Source: Epithemia pelagica
Lineage: Eukaryota; Protista; Bacillariophyta
Direction of reading: 5' to 3'
NCBI GenBank assembly: GCA_946965045.2
Contig: OX337229.1
Location: 2,418,001-2,482,000 of the forward strand
DNA length: 64,000 bases
The notes below the pieces were generated by a model. It saw only the letters and a program-made list of their open reading frames with translations. It was not told the origin of the DNA and made no database searches. Below, one piece after another: positions 43,263 to 54,559 of this stretch (position 1 is its first letter; every line of letters starts with the position of its first letter). Both the position numbers and the translations under genes were made by a program.

Positions 43263-45338
43263 TTATTCTGGTCGTCCCAGCAACAAGGGTGTTGCTTCAT
43301 GTGGCACTGCCGTTGGGTCAAGTTCGTCATGATCATCATCTTCTTCTTGTCGTCTCTGCTGTTGCTGCTGCTGTCGACGTCTTCGACGGCGACGACGCCG
43401 TTTCCGACAATCCATGGTCAAGAGCCAGACGACGCATCCCCAAACAAGGGCAAAGCATGTGCCTTGAATCATCCACCAAACCGTGGCAGGATGATGCACC
43501 ATCCACACATGGATGCTACAAGCCAGACTAGTTGTGGCTGTTGCATTATCATGAGTGCGGCACACAGCAGAGATAGGTGCTTCGGTGGTTGTGGTCGTCG
43601 CAGTACTAGTGCTATCACTCGAATCTCTTTGAAGGGGTTGCAAGGAGGAATCTCCTTTCCCCGTTTGTGACCACCACCTGTTCGGTGGCCACAACCACGA
43701 TTGTCTGTACTGCAACTCCATTTCTTCGACCAGCCGTCCACCAAGGGCAATGCTGGGATTGGCCGCCAATCCACAAATCCCAGCCTTGGGGACTTTGGGA
43801 CCCCTTCGTTCAATTCGAACCAAGCCATTTTCACCCCATTCGGTGCCCCATGAATTGCGCGCAATCCAATAGTAAACGGTAGTATTACTGGTGCCAGGTT
43901 CGACCTGCACATCTTCTTGTCCATATCCGACCAGCAACAGGGCATGATTGGCCACAGTAGTGCGACAGGAATAATCTCGGTAAATGCCTCCATTATAATC
44001 CAAAAAGGACGGCGCTGCTCCATTGAGCGCCACGGCCAAGGGGCCAACGTGGCGCAACATCCATTCCAGAGCCTCTTCCGAATTGACCGGCAATCTACCC
44101 CAGGCATGCACGGTCGCGACCGCCTGGCGCGTTTGATTGTATCGACAGTTTTGAGTTAATGACGAGGACACGGACGTGGAGGATGAGGACATGAAAGATG
44201 AATGTTTGCCTGACTTGGATGTTGTGGTGGAATGCTGTGACAGTGAGGAGTAAGAAGAAGAAGAAGACAACCACGTGGGTGTCGTTGTATATGCAGGAAT
44301 TGTTTGGTTAGCTGGTGCGGTACTTGTCCCTGATCCGCCATTTTGCGGATAATAGTTCATGTGATCATCGTACTCGTAGGGATAGTCTTGCCAATGGACC
44401 AAGCCATATTTATAAATGAAGTCAAAGGCCAACAATGGATTACCACCGGTACATCCCTGATCCACGCTCGTATCGCAATCTAACAACTCTTGAATCGACA
44501 AATTGAGTGTGGTTGCAAACGTTTCTTGTTGCACCGTTTGGGCATGGGCCATGGCCGATTCATGAACTATTTCTCGTTGCTGTGGTTGTTCCGAAGCAAG
44601 TGTCTGATTCGTCTCCACCTGACGCTGATATTCTTGCAAATACGCGACTGCTGCAACATGCCGAGCCACACTGGCTTCGAGTGAACCGGTGGCAGCCAAG
44701 GCCCAACAGGAACCACAGTTGCCTTGATGAACGGCTGGATGGACAATTGCGACTCCATCGGGATTGTCCGTTGTGGCCCAATTCAAATGCTGTGCAAACG
44801 GATCGTTGTCAGATACAAAAAGCTTGTTGTGTTTGTGATGATGCTTCTTCTTTTTCTTCTTTTTGGCTCCAGGCAGTTCCACCAATTGGACAATAGTGCC
44901 CTCTGGAATGATTTGTTGTTGTGATTCCTGTGGTTGTGATTGCTGTGACAACAAGGGACCAGACGCCAACAAAGAAGGTGGGACAGCTTGAAACGGTGGT
45001 GATGCTGACACATCATCTGTAGATGTATCATTCTTGTCGTTATCGGTGGACACTGTCCACGGAAAGTACACAATGGCTTCCTTATTGTTGTTGCCTGATA
45101 CTTGTTCGTGTCGATGTTCTTGTTTGCTGTGCTTCTGGGGATCATGATGATGATGATGATGATGAGAATGTTTAGGATTCAATTTGTGCAAGGAACCATG
45201 ACCAATCAGGGCTCGATGACGACGCCGACCAGCAGAATTCTGGTTGCTGCGGCTGTTGTTGTCGGTATCATTCCAGAAATGGGAATGATCCGCATTCCTT
45301 GCGGAAAACAGAGAAGCAGGATCGTTAACATCTTCCAT
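43263..45338 (-). CDS. Papain-family (C1A) cysteine protease with a C-terminal TM helix
   Basis: QGNCGSCWA, LSIQELLDCD, GCTGG, NHALLLVGYG and YWIARNSWG..WGENG. A hydrophobic helix is followed by poly-Arg. The true N-terminus is uncertain. Confidence 0.92.
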   Translation of the reverse strand: MEDVNDPASLFSARNADHSHFWNDTDNNSRSNQNSAGRRRHRALIGHGSLHKLNPKHSHHHHHHHDPQKHSKQEHRHEQVSGNNNKEAIVYFPWTVSTDNDKNDTSTDDVSASPPFQAVPPSLLASGPLLSQQSQPQESQQQIIPEGTIVQLVELPGAKKKKKKKHHHKHNKLFVSDNDPFAQHLNWATTDNPDGVAIVHPAVHQGNCGSCWALAATGSLEASVARHVAAVAYLQEYQRQVETNQTLASEQPQQREIVHESAMAHAQTVQQETFATTLNLSIQELLDCDTSVDQGCTGGNPLLAFDFIYKYGLVHWQDYPYEYDDHMNYYPQNGGSGTSTAPANQTIPAYTTTPTWLSSSSSYSSLSQHSTTTSKSGKHSSFMSSSSTSVSSSLTQNCRYNQTRQAVATVHAWGRLPVNSEEALEWMLRHVGPLAVALNGAAPSFLDYNGGIYRDYSCRTTVANHALLLVGYGQEDVQVEPGTSNTTVYYWIARNSWGTEWGENGLVRIERRGPKVPKAGICGLAANPSIALGGRLVEEMELQYRQSWLWPPNRWWSQTGKGDSSLQPLQRDSSDSTSTATTTTTEAPISAVCRTHDNATATTSLACSIHVWMVHHPATVWWMIQGTCFALVWGCVVWLLTMDCRKRRRRRRRRRQQQQQQRRQEEDDDHDELDPTAVPHEATPLLLGRPE

Positions 45339-45782
45339 GATGCCGTTGCTCTTGTTATCACTTCTTCCGCAAAGTCGTCTCGAGACTACAATTGATACTG
45401 TGGTTCAGGATCTTTGTCTTACAACATGGACCCTACCCCTACGGATACATTGGTTTTGGTGGCTGGGTGTCTTGTTATTGCAGATGGTGCAACAATTGCA
45501 CCAAAGACGGGCAAAAAAGGAAAATCCGGGCGCGACCCTGTCGCTGTCACACTCAATCCGGGCGAAGCCGGTAGCTAGCAGGACTACCTAACTGCTATCC
45601 ATGGCTACTCCTTCCTCTCTCTAGCTACTCCTAAGTAGGAGTAGGAGTACTCCTCTAGCTAGTAGAGTCTAGCCTCAACTTGCACTCGTACCCTCTCCAA
45701 ACTCCAAAGCGAATTCTATGTCGTCACAGCTCACTAAAAGACGGCGCTCTATGTTATCGGCTATCTCTACAAAAATGTTGTT

Positions 45783-48464
45783 TCAACGCGGTGCTTCGGT
45801 ATTTGATTCATTTTTATTGCCTTTGGCAAAGGCCTCGGCGTTGGCGTCGAACGCAGACCCACTTTGTTGTCCATGTTGAGTCGGCGGTGGCTGGGTTGAA
45901 GGTTGCGTCATGAGTACTCGTGGTGTTTGTGACACAGGCAGCGACTGCGACTCCGATTGTTGTTGTTGTTGCTGCTGCTGCTGCATCAAGGCCACCAACT
46001 CCTTGGTCATGGGAACTCCGCTCCCTGCCGTTGCGGCTGCCATTATGGCCGCGGATGCGGCAGCTGCAGAGTCCTGGATGGCATTCGCCGATGTAGCAGT
46101 TGTACTCCCCGTAGTAGTAGACGGTGTGCCCCCCGTGGCACTCGCAGTACTCGCCGCAGCGGCATTCCACAACAAGAGGTGCTGCAAAACTTGAGCCTGT
46201 TGCGCTTGCTGTTGTTGTTGTTGTTGTTGTTGTTGTTGTGCGGCTTGTGTAACGGTTGAAGGAAACCCTGCCAGTGAAGAGGATGGTGACGGAGCTGTTG
46301 TGGCTGCGACTGGTGGCGTTGAGGCCGCCATTTGTGAAAGAAGCGCGGTTGCTGTTGGATTCCACTGTGGCATTCCACCTAAAGGTTGCTGTTGTGGATT
46401 TTGTTTGGCCAATTCCAACAACAGTGACATGGCTGCAGCGTCCGAGGTTGAGGCTGGCGCTGAGGTGGCTGGTTGTGCGGACGCTCCAACAACTTGTGGA
46501 ACTGCAGGTGGTTGTGTTGATCTTTGCTGTTGCTGTTGCTGCTGTGTGGCTAAAAATAAGGCGGCCAACACGTTGTTCGTTGCCGCGGCTAAGTCACTAC
46601 TAGTGGTGTCGACGGGTGTTGTACCACCTGTGGAACGAGCTGTTGTCGTGGTGGCGGGGGCTATTGCCGAAGTTTGTTGTGGGAGAGCTATGGGAGCCGC
46701 TGCAGTCGTAGTGGAAGTTGTTGCGTGAGAGGACGGAGTGCCCGATGCCGCCGACAACCATGGAAAGGCAGATGCCGCCACAGCGGCGGCGGGTGCGGAA
46801 GATGACGATGACCCTATGCTATTACTCCTTTGTCTCCTCCTCTTTGGTGGTCGTGGAGGTTGGACTTGGGACATGTCCGTTCGTGCAAACGTAGCGGGAC
46901 CTGACGACAAGAAGGATCCGGCTGCTGGACTTGAAAGTAGTGCGGCCATGGAAGAAGATGGAGGCCCTGGAGCAGCTGCAATCCCAAGAGGTGTGCTACT
47001 TGCGGCGGCCGATGATGCCTGCGGTAATCCAGACGCTGCAACAGCCGCCAAAGCAGCTTGATGATTTGCCAACAAAGTTGTCAAGGCATCAGGGCGTGTA
47101 CCGCTGGTACTGTTCGTTAATTGTGGTTGTTGTGGTACAGGCGCTGTTGTCATCGGCAAAGACGTGCTAGACCCACCATCAGCATTGACAGCAGATGTGG
47201 TCGTGGTAGGAGGTGCCAGACTTGTGTTGCTAACTGTATTTGGAGTATTAGTGAAAGAAGCTCTCGAAGTATTGGTGCTGGGTGGCAAAAAGCTCGTACT
47301 AGTGGACGATGCTGCTTCGGCCGCCGCCAGGAGTTGTTCCACCAGCAACGTTGCTTGTTGTTGCTGCTGCTGTTGAGTGGAGGGTGGAAGTTGAGTAGAT
47401 GTGTTACCCATATTCGCTTCTGTCCGAGCACTCGTCGTCGCACCTGCCAGTGGGGGCGTTGAGGATGGTTTTGGCAACGCAGTTGAGACATTCACACCAC
47501 TACCACCAGAAGACACCAAGCTTGCGTCTCCACCAGTGCTCCCTGGCTGTGCTGAAGTAGATGATGGCGTGATCGTTGCTGTTGGTGGTTGTGGAAAAGT
47601 TGGCAAAGCCGCTGGTGGTGGTGCCTGCGATTGTTGTTGTTGCTGCTGCTTTTGATGAAGCACAAGTGCTTGATTTTGTGCTTGCAATTCCGCCACTTGT
47701 TGTTGCAGTTCTTGAATTTGTCGAGCTTGTTGGGCATTATGTTGAGTCAAATCTGATACTGTCTTTTTCAAATCATCAATTATTAATTTCCGTCGTTGTC
47801 TTGATTGAAAGGCTGACAATCGATTGGCGGCACGGCGATCGGCCAAGATATCCTCTTGCAAAGAGGATGTCGGTGATGAGGAGGAGGTTGAAACGGTTGC
47901 TGCAGTCCCTCCTGTTCCCGTGGTGAAGCTGGTATCCTCTCCTCGAGCTGCACCCGCTGCGGCGGCCGCTTTTCGCTTTTTTCGTTGCAAGGCGGCTCGA
48001 ACACGATCCCGTTCCTGTACCAACTGTGTCTCTGTCAATGAATTCTTCTCCACATATTTGCGCCCATCTTTGCGACGATTTTGGCTATGTGGCTGTGACT
48101 CTGCAACTTGCGCGGTAATCTCGGTAGAGGTGGCCATGCTGTTTGTTTGGTGTTGTGGGGATGAATTATCCTGGTGGCGAATGACGCCATCGGGTTGTTG
48201 CTCTTGTTGCGACCCTGATGCCACAACAGTTCCTGATGTATCAGTGGTTTCTTGTCCAAAATTTGGTCGGGGTGGACGCATTGCCATGCTTTCAGGTGCC
48301 ATTTGTGTACTGTTAGTGGACGAAGCGGATGCAGTGTTAACCAAAGCCTCTTGGACATTTGACTCCTCAGTATCGCGGCTGATGTTGGTTATATTGTGAT
48401 TGGGGTTAGAGTCTTTGTTGCTATTCTTGTCGTTGATGTCGGTTTGGTTGAATCTCTCGGCCAT
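45783..48464 (-). CDS. bZIP transcription factor with long Q/A/S/T-rich regions (893 aa)
   Basis: DRRAANRLSAFQSRQRRKLIIDDLKKTVSDL followed by a leucine zipper. RKKRK NLS-like motif and poly-Q tracts. Confidence 0.85.
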   Translation of the reverse strand: MAERFNQTDINDKNSNKDSNPNHNITNISRDTEESNVQEALVNTASASSTNSTQMAPESMAMRPPRPNFGQETTDTSGTVVASGSQQEQQPDGVIRHQDNSSPQHQTNSMATSTEITAQVAESQPHSQNRRKDGRKYVEKNSLTETQLVQERDRVRAALQRKKRKAAAAAGAARGEDTSFTTGTGGTAATVSTSSSSPTSSLQEDILADRRAANRLSAFQSRQRRKLIIDDLKKTVSDLTQHNAQQARQIQELQQQVAELQAQNQALVLHQKQQQQQQSQAPPPAALPTFPQPPTATITPSSTSAQPGSTGGDASLVSSGGSGVNVSTALPKPSSTPPLAGATTSARTEANMGNTSTQLPPSTQQQQQQQATLLVEQLLAAAEAASSTSTSFLPPSTNTSRASFTNTPNTVSNTSLAPPTTTTSAVNADGGSSTSLPMTTAPVPQQPQLTNSTSGTRPDALTTLLANHQAALAAVAASGLPQASSAAASSTPLGIAAAPGPPSSSMAALLSSPAAGSFLSSGPATFARTDMSQVQPPRPPKRRRQRSNSIGSSSSSAPAAAVAASAFPWLSAASGTPSSHATTSTTTAAAPIALPQQTSAIAPATTTTARSTGGTTPVDTTSSDLAAATNNVLAALFLATQQQQQQQRSTQPPAVPQVVGASAQPATSAPASTSDAAAMSLLLELAKQNPQQQPLGGMPQWNPTATALLSQMAASTPPVAATTAPSPSSSLAGFPSTVTQAAQQQQQQQQQQQAQQAQVLQHLLLWNAAAASTASATGGTPSTTTGSTTATSANAIQDSAAAASAAIMAAATAGSGVPMTKELVALMQQQQQQQQQSESQSLPVSQTPRVLMTQPSTQPPPTQHGQQSGSAFDANAEAFAKGNKNESNTEAPR

Positions 48465-49152
48465 TTCTTTGTCTTGTGAACGGCTGTTAGCGGAAGGGAT
48501 CCGTAAACGGGTGTTGTCTGAATCACTCTCTTTCTCTTTTTCTTCTGTCCTTCTCTTTTAAATCCCCTTCGCACATCTACCATTCGGCTTGTTTTCTTGT
48601 TTGCGTTTGTCGAAAGCACGCCGCCGATACGTGGATGATTTCGGGTCCAGAGTTCTGTACGCTGTTTGCGTCATGGAGAACATGTGTCAGATGATGTTTG
48701 TTCTCCGAGTCTTCCATGTTTGCACAGACGCACCCATGAGTCATGTCTCATGACATTATTTTATGTCTGATCATTTAATTGCTAAAAACCGTATGCATCA
48801 TGCGTCAGAATACTCTTTCTGAAGGCCGAAGGGAACGTCATAGCCCGAGGACTAATTTCAACCAATCAATACGACTGGTAATGCGTGAATGGGACAAAAC
48901 ATCCACTCATTTCCGAAACGTGACAAGTGACCACTGACCACAGCTTTAAATGAGCCGCATCCGCGACAGAAAAGTTGAGAGGCGACCCATGTTGCGATGA
49001 GCGACTGCATTTATGATCTCCATCCATCACATCAACCCGTCACCACTCATGCTTATTCCCTTTATGCCGACCTTTCCAAGCTGTGTATAGTTGCAAGGGT
49101 ATCATTGACTGAGGTTTCACTGCAACATCACGGTTGTGTGGTGGGAACTGCA

Positions 49153-50238
49153 ATGATGAGTTTGCTTCTGTTTGTCTTGGCTGCTGAGGCAAGCATCCTA
49201 ACAACAGATGCATTCCACCAAACTTTCGCTCCAACCTTGGACCGATGGAGTCGGCCTCGTGCGTCTGCAATGACAGCCAAGAAGGATGGGGGTCTGAGGT
49301 TTTGCCAGCAGCGAAAGACAGGGCAACCACGCCCTTTGAGTTCGACCAAGACACCATCCCACGATAGTCTCCCAGTAACGAGCGATGCTGAAGATTCTTC
49401 ATGGGCGTTGCAACAAGCGCTTCGACAGAGCCAAGAACGAACGTTGGATCGCTTCATTGAAACGGAAGCCCCTTTGTGGCTGAGAGAACTGCAACAACAC
49501 GATCAACAAAACCAACTTGGTCCATCAGAAATGAGCGAAACAAATAATAGTGTCCCCTCTTCAACGACCACGACGACGACACCCTCTGCCCTCCCCTTCT
49601 CTTGTACGGGGTGCGGAAAATGCTGTCGTACTCAAGGTGATGTTTACATGGCTCCAGAAGATATCATTGCAGCAGCGTGTCTCTTGGACATTACACCACG
49701 TATGTTTGTTCACCAATATGCCGCTTCCTACATTCTCTCAAGGCCATCCATGTTGGAAGGGATTCAGAACTCGGACGATTTTGATCGGATTCTCGAGGAC
49801 AAACAAGTTTGGGTGCGGTTGAGGGAGGCAAAGCGGAGTGGCGACAGCTCGACCGGTGAAGCATGCATATTCTTGGATGAAACAACAAATCAGTGTCAGA
49901 TCTACGAAGCCCGTCCTGCCCAATGCCGAACCTATCCATTCTGGCCATCCATTTTGTTATCCCCCGAGAAATGGAATGAAGAATGTAGAAGACCAGATGA
50001 CTCTAGCGCACGCGACAATTTGCCCTTGTGGACGGCAGAAGATGGTGGGTGTGAAGGGATGAAGCATGTTGTGATGGACGACCAAACTGGGAGGGTTGGT
50101 TATCAAGATGATGGGCAAACAGGCGACGATGAAGAAGCTGTGTCAGTTCGGGAGGCGTGTCGACAGCTCTTCGAATACAGTGCAGCCGAGAGACGGTTCC
50201 CAAAAGACGCCATCAAAACAAACCTTGGCACCAGATAG
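49153..50238 (+). CDS. YkgJ/UPF0153-type CxxCxxCC cysteine-cluster protein, probably plastid-targeted
   Basis: FSCTGCGKCC and CIFLD..CQIYEARPAQCRTYPFW. Presequence MMSLLLFVLAAEASILTTDA-F from ATG 49153. Confidence 0.85.
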   Translation: MMSLLLFVLAAEASILTTDAFHQTFAPTLDRWSRPRASAMTAKKDGGLRFCQQRKTGQPRPLSSTKTPSHDSLPVTSDAEDSSWALQQALRQSQERTLDRFIETEAPLWLRELQQHDQQNQLGPSEMSETNNSVPSSTTTTTTPSALPFSCTGCGKCCRTQGDVYMAPEDIIAAACLLDITPRMFVHQYAASYILSRPSMLEGIQNSDDFDRILEDKQVWVRLREAKRSGDSSTGEACIFLDETTNQCQIYEARPAQCRTYPFWPSILLSPEKWNEECRRPDDSSARDNLPLWTAEDGGCEGMKHVVMDDQTGRVGYQDDGQTGDDEEAVSVREACRQLFEYSAAERRFPKDAIKTNLGTR

Positions 50239-50332
50239 CACGATTCACACATTGTTTCATATTTTCCACAAAGCATGTAAACAAACTATAGACATGGACA
50301 AAATGGACAACAGATACTATACTCCCATGGTT

Positions 50333-53300
50333 CTAGTTGTTACCCTTTTTCTCTCGAATTCTACGCATGCGTTCTTGGTGTCGCTCCATGGCCATTTCAT
50401 TGCGCTTCTGCACGGAAACAGGAGCAGCAGCCGATGCCGAGGCTCCTTCGTATCGTTGTGTCATCTTCTCAAGGAGAAGCGACTCCTTGCCCTTGAATTT
50501 CTCCATGATAATGTCGATGCGATCAACTTTTCCACTATCATACTTCTCCAAGAGTTCAAGAACCTTCGTTCGAACCTCGTCCGCCCCTGCTTGACTTTCT
50601 TCCGGTGGAGCAGCAACATCTTTGTTGGGTCTCGCAATTGGTTTCGAGCGGGGAAGAGACGATGAGGAGGAGTTCGTCGCTGCTCCACTTCTTGCCCCAA
50701 GAACTTGGTCTCGACGAGAGCGGACTGCGGCAGCCGCGGATGCATTTTGGTTTTGCCGCATCTGTTTCTTAACATTCTCGAGTTCGTTCTCTTTGTCCTC
50801 CATTTGCTTTTCAAGGCTCTGGAGTTTCCCTGCTGACTTTGCTAGCTGCTGTTGGACTATACGGAGCTCTTTCCTAGACTTGTCCAATTCCTCCATGGCG
50901 TCCTCCCGTGCCGATTTCTCTTTTTCCCATCGTTTGGCCATATCAGCATTGTTCTTTCGGAGGACTTCCAATGTTTTCGTGTCCGACTTGTTTTGTTGCC
51001 GGGTCTTGGACAAATTTGCGAGTTTGTCTTGGACACGAGTATTATCTCTCTTGAGTGACATCAGTTGGCCCTCGGTCCTCTCCTTGGCGCGTGTGAGCGA
51101 GCGCATTTCTTCGGTTAATGCCTTGACAGTCTCTTCCAAGTTCTTCGACGTAACATTTCTCTGCGCGGCTCCAATCTGAATTCGCCGTACGCGGGTTGCG
51201 AATTGGAGGGCGTGGACGGATTCGTCGTGAGATAGATCCACGGGAGAAATCGCTGCGACCATCATAGTTCTCGAGTTTCCACCCAGAGAATCTTGTAGCA
51301 AGTACGTAAGCTTTGAGTCACGATATGGGACGTGGGAGGACTTTCGGTCGAGAGCTTCCATGACATTTCCAAGAGCTGACAGACTCTTATTGATGAAACC
51401 AGCCTCTTTCAGTTGATCACCTTCCACCTTACTTTTCCTGACTCGCTCAGATCCGGCAAGATCGACCAAATACAGGGTTCCCTTATTCTGCTGGGCATCA
51501 CCAATACCAGAGTATACGTCGACAATCAGTACCATGTGTGAACGACTACTGTGTTCATTCATGTCGGTAGACGCAGTGGCTCTGTTACTGTTACCACGTT
51601 TCAACAGGTCCATGACTTCTTGAATACTTGTCACCTTCTCTTTCGTGAGGTTTGGAACCTCGATCCTTCCGTTCTTCTCGCGACGCACATCCAATGACGC
51701 CTTGCCGCCAGCCTTCATTGCGCCCTCCTTTTTATCTGCCATTGTCGCTCCACCATCAGACGTGAGCAAGTCATAAACTTCATCGTTGTAGATTTCCAGC
51801 ATTCCAAGTTCAAGTGAAAAAGTGAACGACACTTGTTCGGCAGGCTGCTCGGGATTGTCGCTCACAAACATCTCCGCAGCACGTTGTTGTTGGGCACGAA
51901 GACTGAGAAGGTGGAAAATCTTTTGGATCGTTCGGTAGCTGATACCGTATTGATTGTTCTCTGAAAGTCCTTCCATGGTAAAAGTTTTACCACTTCCTGT
52001 TTGACCATAGGCAAAAATACAGGCGTTGTAGCCATCCACAACAGAGAGCGCCAAAGGTTCAACGTCCTGGAACACACGTTGTTGCGACTGATCTGGACCC
52101 CAAACACGATCGAATGCAAAACTCTTCCACTTATTCGTGCGTTCATCAAAACAACCGACTTCAGTTTCACTGAGAGCCTCAACGACAGTTTTGCTTCCGG
52201 CTTGCATTTCTCCGACAGTTAGCGGACGGATACGACAGTACACTTGAATATTCCCTTGCAAATGAAGCATTTTACTCAGGAGTTGAGCATTGTATTCTCG
52301 CTGATCCTTCACTTTCTTGTCCAAATTCTTGATCTCTTTCGCCATCAATTCGGTATCGTTGGATTTGATGACGGAATCAATTTTGGAAGCTTCCGTGTCA
52401 TCAATTTCCATTGCTTCGGATCCCTTTTCTTTGCTGGCGAGCGAACTTAGACGCGACATTTGAGTGACCACAGCGGTTTCACCCCCATTCGAGAACAATT
52501 CTTTTTGCAGAATCTTTAGATCGGACTCCAGTCGCTTACTTCTCACTTCCGCCATGCGTTTTTGATCCATTAGAGCATCGTAGTCTTTCTGCAACTTGTT
52601 CAACTTTTTGGTCTCCTCGTCCAGACGCTGTTTCAACCGCATGACCGAGGTGGGTGAGTTGGAGCGTGCCCTCGGTCGATCAATCGATCGAACTTGTCGA
52701 GGTGTGGGTGCCTCGTCCATATTCAAAAGCTCTTCCCTATCAATGCTTTCGGTGGAAATAGTCTTTGCCATGGGAGTTTTGGCAGTTTTCTCAGGGAACG
52801 ACATGGCTTTGGCCGCACTCTCTTTCTCACGTCGAAGCACAATAACATTTGCTTCTGCTTCCGCCAACTGTCCCTTGGTGATGTGCAGGTCATTCTCAAG
52901 CTTGAGCACCCGATCCTCGGTCGTCTTTATTCGTTCTTCAAAAGTGGCGGTCAGGGACGCCAGTTCCGTGTCCTTGTCCGACAATTCGGTCTTTAGTCGG
53001 GCCAGTTGCGACTGCAACTGCTTCACGAGCTCACTTTCGGCATCCGCCACACCTTGTGTCTGACGATCTTTGGCGGCCGCTAGTTCCACCTCGGTTTCGT
53101 CCACCTTTTGTTGCAGTGTTTGGTTTTCTTCCGACAGCTTGTCCAACTGCTCTTTCATTTGTTTGATTTCATGTTCCGAGTCGGAACGCATTTCGTTTTT
53201 CATTTGATTGGCCATTTCGTCCATGCCCTGTCGTTTCGCTTCTTTCTTGGCTTCATCGAATCTCGAGTTGACGGCATCGAGTTCGTCAATGACACTTTGA

Positions 53301-54559
53301 TAATCCTCGCGTGAATTCTGCAGGGCTTGCTCCAGGGCCAACAGTTCATCGCGAAGTTTGCCATTTTCCTCATTGGCCGCCTTGACCGTCGAGGCCACCA
53401 TTGCCGCTTCCCCGAGTCGGGCGTTGGAAGACGCCTCGGCTTCTTTCACCTTGATTTGAAGTGCATTGACATCTTCCCGATGCTTGGCCCGAGCTTCTTC
53501 GAGGGCCATAATGACAGCCTTGGAATCTTGTTCCACGGCCTGAAGCTCCTCCTGTTGCAATTGGCATTCCTCACGGGCCAAGGTCAATTCTTCCTTGGTC
53601 AAATCCAAATCATCCCGGACGCGTTGACTTTCCGCGAGCAAGTCGGCATTTTCCGCTTGCAGATTGCGAATCAAGTCCTCGTCCTCCTCGCTCCGCTTGT
53701 GTTGTTCCAGTTCGGCCAAGGAGGCTTGGTATTGCTTGATTTTGGTTTCCCCATCGCCCAGTCGTTTTTCCGTCTCAATGAGTTGTTCCGTCACTAATTC
53801 TAATTCTTCCTCCAACTTTTTGACATATTCGTCATTCACCGGAGGCTCGGCCGCTTCCGCGGCGACGGGAGCTGCTGCTCCATTTTGGTCGGGGGTTTTG
53901 CCAGTTTCTTCCGCCTTGGCTTGTGCCAACAAAACTTCTTGTTGGGATGCCTCGAGTTCGGTTCGAACTCCCGCCAGCTCATCTTGCAGTTGCTGTTTTT
54001 CAACCTCCAGTTCCAGCTTGGACTCTTCCAATTCATTTTCCTTAAAGGCGAGTTCCTCGTGGACAAAGTCACACTCTTCCCGCAAATGATGGAGGGACTG
54101 CTCCATTTCACGGACCCGTTGATCGGCTTCATCTTGCGCCTGTTCGGCGGTCCGGCGAAGTTTTTGTTCTTCCTTGAGCTTTTGTCGAGACTCGGTCAAG
54201 GATGCCTCGAGCGATGTCAATTGAGGCGAAATGGTCTCCAACTGCGACGACAAGGCGGCGTTGGCGGCCGTGGATTCCGCCAATTTTTCCTCTGCAAAAC
54301 ATAATAATCAATATATGAAAGGCATTCGGGGGTGACACCACAAGAATCCAGGACAAAACATGAGACGACCATTCTTCTTGTTTGTGGGTCGGGTGACACA
54401 GTTACGACGACGACAACAAAACTTACGCATTTTGGCCAATTCGGCATCGAGCTCTTCCTCCAACTCACGAGAGGATGCAATGTATTCATCAAAGGCACTT
54501 TGCAGAGCTACCAGCTCGGCCTCCCGCTCGGCAATGGTTGCAGGAAAGGCGGACGGCAT
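50333..54559 (-). CDS. Kinesin-14 with NudE-like N-terminal coiled coil and internal/C-proximal motor (intron 54292-54426)
   Basis: Neck LQGNIQVYCRIRP, P-loop AYGQTGSGKT, NEHSSRSH and LVDLAGSER. The GT-AG intron joins LAKM-Q-EKLAES in frame. Confidence 0.93.

Noticed and set aside
45814-48399. Overlapping ORFs with poly-Cys, poly-Leu and poly-Val within the bZIP gene
   Set aside because: These are alternate-frame readings of CAA/CAG/GCA microsatellites that encode poly-Q and poly-A.
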